Source: a bacterium
Lineage (GTDB): Bacteria; Zhuqueibacterota; Zhuqueibacteria; Oceanimicrobiales; Oceanimicrobiaceae
DNA: 48,142 nt
Assembly (NCBI GenBank): GCA_037446635.1
Contig: JBBIIG010000006.1
Location: forward strand, 74,635-122,776
Direction of reading: 5' to 3'
The position numbers and the translations under genes are program-made. Positions within the stretch are counted from its first letter, which is position 1. The number at the start of each line of letters is the position of its first letter. A model generated the notes under the pieces. It was not told the DNA's origin and did not search any database. It was given only the letters and a program-made list of their open reading frames with translations. Below are positions 18,709-28,761 of this stretch, one piece after another.

Positions 18709-19620
18709 ATGGCGGTTGCTCAAATTCAGCTTCATCCCGAAGTGGGCCAAACTTTTTCGCGTGTCGCCGTGGGATTTTGGAGAGCGGCGCAGTGGCAACT
18801 GAGCAGAAAAGATTTGTGGGCGCTTATCGAAGGCGCGCTGGAGTTGGGAATGACTACGTTCGATCACGCGGATATTTACGGCAACTACACTTGCGAAAGC
18901 CTGTTTGGCGACGCGCTGGCGGAACATCGGTCGCGGCGCTCGGAGATGCAGTTGGTGACCAAATGCGGCATCAAACTCGTTTCAGAAAAATTTCCAGAGC
19001 ACAGCGTCAAACACTACGACACCAGCACGCAACACCTCCTCGCGGCGGCTGAGCGTTCGCTCAAAAATCTGCGCACCGATTATCTCGACCTGCTGCTCAT
19101 CCACCGCCCCGATCCCTTCATGAACGCCGACGAAGTGGCCGCCGCGTTTACCACCCTGCGCGCCGCCGGCAAAGTGCGCCACTTCGGGGTCTCCAATTTC
19201 ACGCCGCCGCAATTTGAGCTGCTGGCGTCGCGGCTGGATTTTCCGCTCATCACCAATCAAGTGGAATTTTCCGTGATGCGCCTCGAGCCGCTGCACGACG
19301 GCACGTTCGATCACTGCCAGCGGCTGCGCATCTCTCCCATGGTCTGGTCGCCTTTGGGCGGCGGACGTTTATTTAGCGAATCCGATGAAAGCGCCCGGCG
19401 AGTTCGCGCGGCGCTGCGCGAAGTTGGCCAGATGCTCGGCGCCGATATCGGACAAACCGCGCTGGGGTGGATTCTCGCGCATCCGGCGCGGGTTCAGCCG
19501 GTACTTGGAACAGGGAAATTAGAAAGAATTCGGCAAGCGGCAGCCGCGACTTCCCTGCAGATGACGCGCGAGCAGTGGTTCACCATCTGGTGCGCCGCGG
19601 CGGGACGGGACGTTCCTTAA
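18709..19620 (+). CDS. Aldo/keto reductase (YdhF-like)
   Basis: TFDHADIYG, TKCGI, LLIHRPD, GVSNF, NQVE, WSPLGGG. Confidence 0.92.
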   Translation: MAVAQIQLHPEVGQTFSRVAVGFWRAAQWQLSRKDLWALIEGALELGMTTFDHADIYGNYTCESLFGDALAEHRSRRSEMQLVTKCGIKLVSEKFPEHSVKHYDTSTQHLLAAAERSLKNLRTDYLDLLLIHRPDPFMNADEVAAAFTTLRAAGKVRHFGVSNFTPPQFELLASRLDFPLITNQVEFSVMRLEPLHDGTFDHCQRLRISPMVWSPLGGGRLFSESDESARRVRAALREVGQMLGADIGQTALGWILAHPARVQPVLGTGKLERIRQAAAATSLQMTREQWFTIWCAAAGRDVP

Positions 19621-19650
19621 AAATTGCTGGATAGAGGATGAAGGTTGAAA

Positions 19651-20727
19651 TTAGTTTGAGGAAGGATTCCCGCCGTAATACTTGGGATGCAGCCGCGTGC
19701 CGAGGGTTTCAAGCACATCGCGATTGGCATTAAAAAATCGCAGCACAGCTCTGGGACTCACAAAATAGGCGGTGCCGTATTCCACCACAATTTCCCTTCT
19801 GACAACGAGATCCGTTACATCTTCAAATCCTAATTTATACCCCATCGGCAAATTGGTGGAAGGCGCGATAAAATCCAACGTGGCGCGCGGCACGCTTTTG
19901 ATGACGCCCACAAACAGCAGCCGGGCGTCTTTCGTGAGGGCGAATACCGGGCCTCCGGAAAATCCAAAGCGCACCACCGCGTCCACAATCAGGGTATTAG
20001 GGTAGGGCGATGGACTCACCCAGCCGCCGGTCAACTGCTTGACCCCCTTTGGAAAGCCGAAAAGAAACACCCAGTCACCCCAACTGAGATCCAAATCATA
20101 ACCGAGGGGATTGTAGAATTCCTTTCCCAACAGGTTGGTGGTCTGGGTTTCGATAATCGCGAGGTCGTCGAGCTCGTATGAAATCAGCAGCTTCCCTTCG
20201 GAGCGCCAGTTGCTTTCGCCGCGCACCCAAATATCCACTCTTTTTACAATGTAGCGCGCAAAGAGCACGTCGGTGTTGCGGCCGTCCTGGTCGAGGTAAT
20301 AGATGTCGGTGGTATCCGGAGGCGCAACCAGGTGATTACTGGTTAAAATGGTGTAGCGCGAATGCGCCGGATTGACATGAATGATAAGGCCGCCGCCCGA
20401 CAAGGTTTTTTCCTCTGTCTCAACCACAATCCCGTCCGCACCGTTCTTGCCGGCCAGCTTGTATTTTAATGGACTCTTAGGATCGGGTACAAAACTGCCG
20501 TTCTCCTGTTCATAATTAAACTTTTGAATTTCGTATTTAATATCGCAAGTAATGCTCACGACGGTAGTCGAAACATTTCTGATTTCGGTTTTGATGTCAT
20601 CTGAGAACAGGGAGAGATCAGCAGAATTTGAAAATGCGATTTTGCCGCCGGCGCAACCTCCCAAAGCGGTCGGTAGGATCGCAGAATAAAAAAGCAGATT
20701 AATTATTTTGGTGATGGGGCGCGTCAT
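19651..20727 (-). CDS. Trypsin-like serine protease lipoprotein
   Basis: Lipobox LGGC; putative triad in LTSNH, DDLAII and GFSGGPV. Confidence 0.75.
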   Translation of the reverse strand: MTRPITKIINLLFYSAILPTALGGCAGGKIAFSNSADLSLFSDDIKTEIRNVSTTVVSITCDIKYEIQKFNYEQENGSFVPDPKSPLKYKLAGKNGADGIVVETEEKTLSGGGLIIHVNPAHSRYTILTSNHLVAPPDTTDIYYLDQDGRNTDVLFARYIVKRVDIWVRGESNWRSEGKLLISYELDDLAIIETQTTNLLGKEFYNPLGYDLDLSWGDWVFLFGFPKGVKQLTGGWVSPSPYPNTLIVDAVVRFGFSGGPVFALTKDARLLFVGVIKSVPRATLDFIAPSTNLPMGYKLGFEDVTDLVVRREIVVEYGTAYFVSPRAVLRFFNANRDVLETLGTRLHPKYYGGNPSSN

Positions 20728-21224
20728 AATTTCAACTGTGAGATAAGCGCGTCACGAATTCGCTTTAGATCGGATTTTTTAGAACGCAGCAATTGCCGGC
20801 GCTTGCTTTCAACTATATCAACAACCTTTTTAACGTTGATGCCTAAAAAGACGGGTCGAAATGGTTTAAGTTTCCAGAGCGCATTGCGGAAGTGTTTTTC
20901 GGCGCCGTGAACAATATTGCGCTCCAACTGGTGCAGGCCGGCAGCCACTTGAATTAATCCCTGAAAAAAAAGACGGCTGTTTTCCGGATGGCGCTTCCAA
21001 ACCTCCTCCCACGCCTCATGCGACTCCCAAAACTTGCCCCCGTTGAATAATACAATGCCGCGGCGGAAATCATCCCAATCCTGGCCGCTCATTTTCGGCT
21101 CGCTCAAATTGGATAGGTTGGCCTGGCGCTGGCGTTTTTCAACAGTACCCATAAAGGTCAAACGGCAGACGGAGCCCTCAGCGTCCCTTTGCAGGATGAC
21201 GTCACGAATGGATTTTCTGTCCAT
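20724..21224 (-). CDS. DUF309-domain protein
   Basis: GIVLFNGGKFWESHEAWEEVW, FQGLIQVAAGLH. Confidence 0.85.
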   Translation of the reverse strand: MDRKSIRDVILQRDAEGSVCRLTFMGTVEKRQRQANLSNLSEPKMSGQDWDDFRRGIVLFNGGKFWESHEAWEEVWKRHPENSRLFFQGLIQVAAGLHQLERNIVHGAEKHFRNALWKLKPFRPVFLGINVKKVVDIVESKRRQLLRSKKSDLKRIRDALISQLKL

Positions 21225-21327
21225 TTGCGATATGTCATCGGAAATTCTCTGAATTTTTTATCCATCGAAATTTACAATATTCAGACACTCAAACTCAACT
21301 ATTGTTTTTTGATGGAGAGGTTTCAAT

Positions 21328-21360
21328 AGATGGGACTCATCTTTGAGATGAGTCCCATCT
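21328..21360. repeat. REP-like palindrome AGATGGGACTCATCT-TTG-AGATGAGTCCCATCT
   Basis: Perfect 15-bp arms immediately downstream of coxA. Confidence 0.8.
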
Positions 21361-21367
21361 GGTCCAT

Positions 21368-23020
21368 TCACTTCAGCCACACTGTTGGTGTGTATTCGTA
21401 CGCCTCTTCCGTCACCACCGGCGTTTTCTCAAAATTGTGCGTGGTGGGCGGCGAGGGCGCTTTCTCCCATTCTAATCCTTTTGCGCCCCAGGGATTGGCG
21501 CTGGCTTTCGGCGCGTATTTCAATGACCAGATAAAATAGACCAGCGGAATCAAATAGCCCACGCCCAAAATGGTCGCGCCGGCGGTGGAAAGCACGTTGA
21601 AAATTTGGAACTCATCCGGATACACATGATAGCGGCGCGGCATCCCCAAATAACCCACGATGAACTGCGGGAAAAACGTCAGGTGGAAGCCGATGAAAAT
21701 CACCAGCGCTGAAAATCGCGCCCAGCCTTCGGGATAGAGCCGGCCGGTCATTTTCGGCCACCAGTAGTGAATGCCGCCGAGGTAGCCCATGATCGCGCCG
21801 CCCACCATGATGTAATGAAAATGCGCGACCACGAAATAGGTATCATGCACGTGTACGTCCACGGCTAGTGTGCCGAGGAAAATTCCCGTAAGCCCGCCGA
21901 TGGTGAATAGCCCGATGAAGCCGAGGGCATAGAGCATCGGCGCTTGATAGGAGACCGAACCTTTGTAGAGCGTCGCCGTCCAGTTGAACACTTTGATGGC
22001 GGAGGGAATCGCCACCAAAAACGTCAGCACGGAGAACACCATGCTGGCGTAGGTGGACTGGCCGGCGGTGAACATGTGATGCCCCCACACCAGAAATCCT
22101 AACACCGCAATGGCGATGCTGGAAAACGCAATGAAGTGATAGCCGAAAATTTTCTTTTTGGCGAAGCAGGTGATGATCTCGCTGATGACGCCCATCGACG
22201 GCAGAATCATGATATAGACCGCCGGGTGCGAATAAAACCAGAACAAATGCTGGAACAGCAGCGGGTCGCCGCCTAATTTTGGATCGAAGATGCCGATGTG
22301 AAAGAGGCGTTCGAGTCCCACCAACACGATGGCGATGGCCACCACTGGCGTCCCCAAAATTTGAATGATGCTGGTGGCGTAATGCGCCCACACGAACAGC
22401 GGCAGCCGGAACCACGTGAGCCCCGGCGCACGCATCTTGTGAATGGTGACGAGAAAATTGAGCCCAGTCAAAATGGATGAAAAGCCGGTGATGAACACGC
22501 CCACCGCCGTGATGATCACGTTGGTGTTGGCGTAGGTGCTGCTGTACGGCGTGTAAAAAGTCCAGCCGGTATCGACGCCGCCAAAGACGATCGCGGCGAT
22601 GGTGAGCAGACCGCCAACCATATAAATGTACCAACTCAGCAAGTTGATGCGCGGAAACGCGAGGTCGCGGGCGCCGATCATCAGCGGCAACAGAAAATTT
22701 CCCAGCACCGCCGGAATCGATGGGATCAAAAAGAAAAAGATCATCACGATGCCGTGCATGGTGAACATTTTATTATAAGTTTCGGATTGCATGAGGTCGC
22801 CCTGCGGCGTCAGCAGTTCCATACGGATGAACACCGCAAACAATCCGCCGAGGAAAAAGAACAGCGTGATGGAGATGAGATACAAAATGGCGATGCGCTT
22901 GTGGTCGGTGGTCAACAGCCACGACTTGGCGCTGAAGCCGGCGTTGAGATAGTTACGGCTCGTGCCGTTGGTCTCATCGGCCAGTTGTTTTTCGTGAGGC
23001 TTAAAAACCGCCGTTGGCAT
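21368..23020 (-). CDS. coxA: Cytochrome c oxidase subunit I, A2-type
   Basis: [23 protein letters not shown] (YS motif, no Glu, typical of A2), WGHHM, AHFHY, GMPRRY. Confidence 0.97.
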   Translation of the reverse strand: MPTAVFKPHEKQLADETNGTSRNYLNAGFSAKSWLLTTDHKRIAILYLISITLFFFLGGLFAVFIRMELLTPQGDLMQSETYNKMFTMHGIVMIFFFLIPSIPAVLGNFLLPLMIGARDLAFPRINLLSWYIYMVGGLLTIAAIVFGGVDTGWTFYTPYSSTYANTNVIITAVGVFITGFSSILTGLNFLVTIHKMRAPGLTWFRLPLFVWAHYATSIIQILGTPVVAIAIVLVGLERLFHIGIFDPKLGGDPLLFQHLFWFYSHPAVYIMILPSMGVISEIITCFAKKKIFGYHFIAFSSIAIAVLGFLVWGHHMFTAGQSTYASMVFSVLTFLVAIPSAIKVFNWTATLYKGSVSYQAPMLYALGFIGLFTIGGLTGIFLGTLAVDVHVHDTYFVVAHFHYIMVGGAIMGYLGGIHYWWPKMTGRLYPEGWARFSALVIFIGFHLTFFPQFIVGYLGMPRRYHVYPDEFQIFNVLSTAGATILGVGYLIPLVYFIWSLKYAPKASANPWGAKGLEWEKAPSPPTTHNFEKTPVVTEEAYEYTPTVWLK

Positions 23021-23049
23021 GTTACACTACTCCCAGTGTGAATGTGATA

Positions 23050-23105
23050 CCTCACCCTAACCCTCTCCAAATTCCTTCCCCTCTTAGGGGAAGGTTAGGA
23101 TGGGG
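23050..23105. repeat. CCTCACCCT-AACCCTCTCC / GGGGAAGGTTAGGATGGGG repeat (empty form)
   Basis: Related copies at 26694-26781, 26889-26920 and 31635-31735. Confidence 0.8.
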
Positions 23106-23192
23106 TCTGTTTTTATCCCTACAAGTTTCTCTGAAGGGTGTACCAAGTTAAAGTCATTAACCCTTAATTATCGCGACTATAATTATTTTGAC

Positions 23193-24125
23193 TTAGTCTT
23201 TCGCCAGCGATTTAATATACGCGGTTATTTCTAGCAACTGCAGTTCGGTGACCTGTCCCATGAATGTGGGCATTACCGGACGGTAACCGGCGGCAATCTT
23301 AGCATTCGGATTCAAAATCGATTCGCGGATGTAGGCTTCATCGGCGATGACGGTCTGGCCGTTCTGCAGCCGCACCGGCTTGCCGAAAATTCCCACGAGC
23401 GACGGCCCACGCGCATCGGGTTTATCGACGTGGCAGGTGTGACAGGCGAGTTGCTGAAAACGTCTCTCGCCCAGCACCTCCAGCGGTTCGGTGCCGGCGC
23501 CGCCGCTGAGCCAGTTCTGATAATCGTTCGGCTCCATCACCACCACGCGGCCTTTCATCTCCGAGTGCTTGGTGCCGCAATACTCGGCGCAGAACAAGTG
23601 GTACTCGCCGGGCTTGGTGGCCTCGAACCACATCGTGGTGTACCGCCCCGGCACCACGTCCTTTTTCACCCGAAACGCCGGGATGTAAAAACTGTGAATG
23701 ACATCCTCGGTGGCCATGGTTAGTTTTATCGGCTGGCCCATTGGGACGTGCATCTCGTTAATCTCGCGCTGGCCAGTGGGATGCTGCACGTGCCACATCC
23801 ACTGTTTGCCTACCACAAAAAATTCCAGCGCATTTCGCGGCGGCGTGTAAGCGTCGAAATAGAGGGTGGCGCCCCAGGCGAACACGGTCATCACCAAAAT
23901 GAAGGGAATTACGGACCACACCAGTTCCAGCTTCAGCAGTCCGGGAATTTGGCGCGGCACTTCTTCCTCAGAGCGCCGCCGATATTTGACGGCGAAGATG
24001 TAAATCAAAAAGAAGATCAGCAGCGTGAAAAAGATGCTGACGCCCACGAGAAAGAAGAAAAGCAAATCCGTTTTTGGCGCCAGCGCCGAGGCCTGGTCGG
24101 GGAAGAATTGGAATCCTTTGTTCAT
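23193..24125 (-). CDS. coxB: Cytochrome c oxidase subunit II with C-terminal cytochrome c (caa3-type)
   Basis: DVIHSF, CuA motif CAEYCGTKHSEM, heme motif CHTCH. Confidence 0.96.
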   Translation of the reverse strand: MNKGFQFFPDQASALAPKTDLLFFFLVGVSIFFTLLIFFLIYIFAVKYRRRSEEEVPRQIPGLLKLELVWSVIPFILVMTVFAWGATLYFDAYTPPRNALEFFVVGKQWMWHVQHPTGQREINEMHVPMGQPIKLTMATEDVIHSFYIPAFRVKKDVVPGRYTTMWFEATKPGEYHLFCAEYCGTKHSEMKGRVVVMEPNDYQNWLSGGAGTEPLEVLGERRFQQLACHTCHVDKPDARGPSLVGIFGKPVRLQNGQTVIADEAYIRESILNPNAKIAAGYRPVMPTFMGQVTELQLLEITAYIKSLAKD

Positions 24126-24193
24126 GTTCGATTAAGTTGAGAATTGACAATTAACAATTAACAATTGTTAATGGTGAATTGTTAATTGGCGGT

Positions 24194-25105
24194 TCACGGT
24201 ATCCGGTTTTCGATTTTCGTTTTCCGTTTCGCGACCCGATCCCGGCGCAGCATCAGCAGCATAAACGATCCCAGCGCCAGCACCGTCGCGATGCCAGCGA
24301 CGCGAATGACGTTCATGATCACCACGCCGTATTTGCCGGTGGCCGGATCGTAATGATAGCAATAGAGGAGAAGCTGATCCACCGGCGATCCGATTTTGTT
24401 CGTTGCGGCTTCCATTAAGCCCAATTTCAAATCGCGGCTGGAGTATTCGACGCCGTAAAAATATTTCGAGAGTTTGCCCGTGGGCGTCAACACCATGATG
24501 CCGCTGGCGTGCACGAATTGGCCGGTCAGCGGATCTCTGGTGTATTTAAATCCCACCGCTTCGGTCAATTTTTTGATCGACTCGGGATCGCCGGTTAAAA
24601 AATGCCAGCCGTTTTCCGCGCCCGGCCGCGCATATTTGCTGAGGTAGCTGGTTTTCTTCGCCACTGCCAATGCCGGCGTTTCGGCGGGATCGAAGCTCAC
24701 CGTCAAAATATCAAACTCTTTTCCCACGTCGAACGAAAGCACGTTGATGCTTTTCAGCAAACCGTTGAGGATCATCGAACACAGCATCGGGCATTCGTAA
24801 TAAACCAGCGTCAGCACCACCGGCTTCTCGCCAAAATATTTTTGCAGTTGCACGGACTCGCCGCTTTCGTCGCGAAACGTCAATCCCAGCGGGATCGATT
24901 CGTCCAGCCGCTGCTCGATGCCGATTTGATCCAGTATCTCCGGTTTGACATTTGAGCTGATGGATTGTGAATTGGCCGGCGTTTCAACCACGCAGAGCGC
25001 AGAGAGCATAGCGCATAGCGTGAAGCGGGTGGCTATCTTCAATCTTTTATCGTCTATCTTCCATCTTCGGACCTCCATCCTCAATCTTCTATCTTCTATC
25101 TTCAT
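24194..25105 (-). CDS. SCO/SenC copper chaperone
   Basis: CPMLC motif, WHFLTG, HASG, CYHYDPATGKY. The N-terminus is built from heptamer repeats. Confidence 0.92.
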   Translation of the reverse strand: MKIEDRRLRMEVRRWKIDDKRLKIATRFTLCAMLSALCVVETPANSQSISSNVKPEILDQIGIEQRLDESIPLGLTFRDESGESVQLQKYFGEKPVVLTLVYYECPMLCSMILNGLLKSINVLSFDVGKEFDILTVSFDPAETPALAVAKKTSYLSKYARPGAENGWHFLTGDPESIKKLTEAVGFKYTRDPLTGQFVHASGIMVLTPTGKLSKYFYGVEYSSRDLKLGLMEAATNKIGSPVDQLLLYCYHYDPATGKYGVVIMNVIRVAGIATVLALGSFMLLMLRRDRVAKRKTKIENRIP

Positions 25106-25524
25106 GGCCGTTCTCCCCGATTTCCGTTTTCCGGTTTGCGATTTCCGCTTTTCGATTCCTGCGCCGGGAAACCGCGCTCGAGCATCAACGCCATCGCGCG
25201 CTCCACCGGGATGCGCACCACGCCGGCTTCTTTTGACACCCAGCCGTAGCTGTTCACGAGCGAGTCTTCTTTGGCGCGGATTGTTTTTAAATCGATCTCC
25301 GGTGTCACTTGTAGCCGCGGTTCCGGCGGCAACGGACGGCCTTCTACCAACGGTGATGATGGAGTTGCCGTCGCCTGCTGTCGTGATTCAAAATGGCCAA
25401 GCAAAATGTACATCAGCGCGAACGCCGCGACCATCAAAATCACCAGTGCGCCGCCGCCCCAAAGGATGGCGCGGAAACGGGCGTCGCTGGTCTCGTAGCC
25501 TTTTGAGTTGGTTGGTTCACTCAT
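25102..25524 (-). CDS. ACIII/oxidase-cluster single-pass membrane protein (ActG-like position)
   Basis: One TM segment, PPEPRLQ, YGWV..GVVRIPVERAM; lies between actF and sco. Confidence 0.7.
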   Translation of the reverse strand: MSEPTNSKGYETSDARFRAILWGGGALVILMVAAFALMYILLGHFESRQQATATPSSPLVEGRPLPPEPRLQVTPEIDLKTIRAKEDSLVNSYGWVSKEAGVVRIPVERAMALMLERGFPAQESKSGNRKPENGNRGERP

Positions 25525-26680
25525 GATGAAACGCCTCTTTCATGCGCGGATCGTTGATGGGCAGCAGCGGCCGCGTTTTAAGCTGCCAGACGAACGCCGC
25601 GATCCACAAGCCGCCGATGCCAAGCGGCGCAGCAAGGTCCATCCAGTGGACGCTGAATTTTTCGGGATGGAAATTCGGCGCGATAATCCAAAACAGATCG
25701 ACGAGCCGCATGACGATCATCGCCAGCGCCACTTTCGACAGAATCTCGATGCGCCGTTTGGTTTGCCGCGACAGCAGCAGCACAAACGGAATCGCAAAAT
25801 GAAAAACCACGATCGCCAGCGCGATCCACTGCCAGCCGCCGTGGAGTCGATGCAAATACCACGGAATTTCTTCCGGCAAATTTCCCGACCAGATGATGAT
25901 GAATTGCGACAGCGAAATGTACGCCCACAGCATCACAAACGCCAACAGCAAATTGCCGAGATCGTGAAAGTGTTTGGTCTGCACCACATCCGACAGCGGC
26001 TTGTGCGCCACTAACCGGCTCAACGCCACGATGGCAAATGCCATCGTTAGCACCGCCTGTCCGATCACAAAAACAAATCCGAAGATGGTGGAGAACCAGT
26101 GCGGGTCGAGCGACATCACCCAATCGATGGAGGCGAAGGTGATGGTCAAAACGTAGAGCAGCATCGCCGGGCCGCCGAGTTTTCGCAAACGCTCGACCAG
26201 CGATGGATTTGCATTTCTATCTTGATCCACCGACCATTTATTGACGAAGAAGATCAACATTCCCCAAATGCCGAAATAAGCGGTGGTGCGCAACCAGAAA
26301 GAAGAAACGTTGAGGTAAGCGGCTTTGTGCAGCAAGATTTTATCCGTGGCAACTTTCTCGGGATCTGCCCAAAGGTAAAGCTCCTGCATTCCAAAAAAGA
26401 AGGGGACGAACAGAATCGCCAGCAGCGGTAGAGTGCGGGTGGCGGATTCCAGCACGCGCTGAATGGCGAATCCCCAGCCGCCGCCAACCATGTGGTGCAG
26501 CGCCAATAGCGCCAGACTTCCCAGCGCCAGCCCAATCCAGAAAAGATATCCCAGCAAATAGGATTGGTAAAATTGGCCGAGGTTCTGAAATGCACCGAAG
26601 CCGCACAGCGCCAGCGCCGCCGCGCCGATGATCAGCGCACGCGTTTGAATGCGATTGAGTTGTATTTCTAAGGTTTCCAT
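25517..26680 (-). CDS. actF: Alternative complex III membrane subunit ActF
   Basis: LYLW, HKAAYLN, DWVMSLDPHWFSTIFG, HDLGNLL, SQFIIIWSGNLPEEIPWY; about 10 TM segments. Confidence 0.88.
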   Translation of the reverse strand: METLEIQLNRIQTRALIIGAAALALCGFGAFQNLGQFYQSYLLGYLFWIGLALGSLALLALHHMVGGGWGFAIQRVLESATRTLPLLAILFVPFFFGMQELYLWADPEKVATDKILLHKAAYLNVSSFWLRTTAYFGIWGMLIFFVNKWSVDQDRNANPSLVERLRKLGGPAMLLYVLTITFASIDWVMSLDPHWFSTIFGFVFVIGQAVLTMAFAIVALSRLVAHKPLSDVVQTKHFHDLGNLLLAFVMLWAYISLSQFIIIWSGNLPEEIPWYLHRLHGGWQWIALAIVVFHFAIPFVLLLSRQTKRRIEILSKVALAMIVMRLVDLFWIIAPNFHPEKFSVHWMDLAAPLGIGGLWIAAFVWQLKTRPLLPINDPRMKEAFHHE

Positions 26681-26693
26681 TCTTCTTCAAGAA

Positions 26694-26920
26694 CCTCACC
26701 CTTCCGCGAAGCCTGCCTGTGCAGGCAGGCGGATCCGCTTGGGCGGGAGTCCCCTCCCCAAGGGAAGGTTAGGATGGGGTCTTATGCCTTTTGAATAACC
26801 AAAATGAAGGTTGTAGGGCAAAATAAAATTTTAATCAGAAATCATTAGTTTGAATTTTTTTAGTTTGCATCAAGCTTTTCACTTAGGACCTCACCCTAAA
26901 CCTCTCCTTATAAGAGGGGG
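26694..26920. repeat. CCTCACCCT-family repeats: one with two nested insertions (26694-26781), one empty (26889-26920)
   Basis: Insert TCCGCGAAGC[CTGCCTGTGCAGGCAGGC]GGATCCGCTTGGGCGGGA at 26703-26748. Confidence 0.8.
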
Positions 26921-26938
26921 CGTCTACAACATTCGGGC

Positions 26939-28216
26939 TCATGAAATCGTCATCCCCGATTCGTAAACGGTTTGCTTAAAATTCCTTTCGCCCAAATTGG
27001 GATAGACAATGCAGTTCCGCCCCAACTTCACCTTTGGCGGGAGGTGCACCGAGCGCCCAATGAGCGTAATGCCTGAATTCAACAGCGACGGATGATCGCG
27101 ATTAGGAACTGCGGCGTCGCCCTCGCCGATGCGGCTTCCAGCGGCGATCTTTACTTCGACGTCGGCGATCACTTTCTCTACGACCGCGCCGGCCTCGACG
27201 ACGGTATCAAAAAACAAAATCGAGTCTTGGACCAGCGCGCCTTTCTCGATCCTCACGCCCGGAAACAAAATGCTGCGATGCACCTCGCCCTCAATTTCGC
27301 AGCCGTTGTGAATCAACGCGTCTTCGATGACGGCATGCCTGCCGATGCGCGCCGGCGGCCGATCGCGCAGGCGATCGTGATCGAGGTTCGTGCGCACTTG
27401 CCAGCCCTCGAGATCAATTTTAGGCTGCCCGCCCAGCAAATCCATGTTGGTTTGCCAAAATTCGTCGATGGTGCGGGCGTAGCCCCAATAGCCGTTGAAT
27501 TTGAACCCGTAAACTTTGTACTTGCCCAACATCATCGGAATGATGTCGCGGCCAAACTCATGCGAACTGGAGCCGCGGGCGTTTTTCTCCAACACCTCAT
27601 ACATCACGGCCGGGCGGAACATGAAGATGGTGAGACTGGCCCAGGGGTAGCCGTCTTTCGCTGGCTTTTCTTTGTAATCCAGCACCCGCCCGCCGAACGC
27701 GCCGTCTTCATCGTCGATCTGCGCCACGCCGAAGCGGCTGCACTGTTCCTTGGGGATGGGAATAAACGCCGCGGTGAGGTCGGCGCCCTTTTCACGGTGG
27801 TACGATAGCATCGGGCGGTAATCCATTTTGTAGATGTGATCGCCGGAAAGCACCATCACGGTTTCGGGATGGCGGCTTTGCACAAATTCGAGGTTTTGAT
27901 ACACGGCGTCCGCCGTGCCCTTGTACCAATCGCTGGCTTTATGCCCGGTGGACGGCGGCAGCATGGTGGCGCCGCGGCGGCGGCCAACAAAATCCCACCA
28001 CGAACCAATGCCAATGTGATTGATCAACGAATAGGATTTGTACTGGCTGAGAATGCCGACGTTCTCCACGCCGGAGTGCATGAGATTGCTGAGCGGGAAG
28101 TCGATGACGCGGTACATGCCGCCAAACGGTACCGCGGATTTGGGCCGGTGAAGGGTAAGGACGCTCAGTTCATCCACTCGCCCGCCGGCGAGCACCATGG
28201 CGAGGACGTTTTTCAT
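26939..28216 (-). CDS. glgC: Glucose-1-phosphate adenylyltransferase family protein (GlgC/GlgD-like, degenerate N-terminal motif)
   Basis: AVPFGGMYRVIDFPLSN, YKGTADAVYQN, LSGDHIYKMDY, EKP, FGRDIIP and a beta-helix C-terminus. Confidence 0.85.
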   Translation of the reverse strand: MKNVLAMVLAGGRVDELSVLTLHRPKSAVPFGGMYRVIDFPLSNLMHSGVENVGILSQYKSYSLINHIGIGSWWDFVGRRRGATMLPPSTGHKASDWYKGTADAVYQNLEFVQSRHPETVMVLSGDHIYKMDYRPMLSYHREKGADLTAAFIPIPKEQCSRFGVAQIDDEDGAFGGRVLDYKEKPAKDGYPWASLTIFMFRPAVMYEVLEKNARGSSSHEFGRDIIPMMLGKYKVYGFKFNGYWGYARTIDEFWQTNMDLLGGQPKIDLEGWQVRTNLDHDRLRDRPPARIGRHAVIEDALIHNGCEIEGEVHRSILFPGVRIEKGALVQDSILFFDTVVEAGAVVEKVIADVEVKIAAGSRIGEGDAAVPNRDHPSLLNSGITLIGRSVHLPPKVKLGRNCIVYPNLGERNFKQTVYESGMTIS

Positions 28217-28265
28217 GGCTCATGTTCAGTGTTTGTGAGAATCATCATAGCCCTTTGTTGAGTCA

Positions 28266-28346
28266 GGGTATAGGGTATAAGGTATAGGGTATAAGGTATA
28301 AGGGAATACGGAAATAAGGACTTATACCCTATACCCTACGCGCTAC
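28266..28346. repeat. Inverted heptamer array (GGGTATA/AGGTATA versus TATACCC)
   Basis: gggtata-gggtata-aggtata-gggtata-aggtata, then cttataccctataccct. Confidence 0.8.
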
Positions 28347-28511
28347 CTAAACCATTCTCCTTTCCAGCAATCGTCCCACGAAAAAAATCGCCACGCCAAT
28401 CAGCGCGATTTTCAACTCCGCGCTCAAATTGTCTTCGGAAATGCCGATGACGATGCCAATCAGAACTTGCACGAGACCGATGATTTGCAGGCCTTTGGCG
28501 ATATACCACAT
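28347..28511 (-). CDS. Small two-TM hypothetical protein (54 aa)
   Basis: MWYIAKGLQIIGLVQVLIGIVIG...LIGVAIFFVGRLLERRMV; co-oriented with glgC. Confidence 0.6.
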   Translation of the reverse strand: MWYIAKGLQIIGLVQVLIGIVIGISEDNLSAELKIALIGVAIFFVGRLLERRMV

Positions 28512-28761
28512 AACTTTTAACGGACAGTCAAAATTTTCGAATACCCTGCCCGCAGATCGGCAGGTGGGCGATCCGCTTCGCGGACCGGAAAGGTTTTTAT
28601 TATACTGAATTTGAAAAAGATTCGCAAGTGAAAAGACGGACAGGAGCGTGATGAAAAAAGGAGTGCAAAAATCAGCGCAGCATATTTTTGCCGCGCAGTA
28701 GAGCAGGAGGTGTAAAAATATGTCCTGCGGACTGATTTTTACACTCCAACACACTCGCTGA

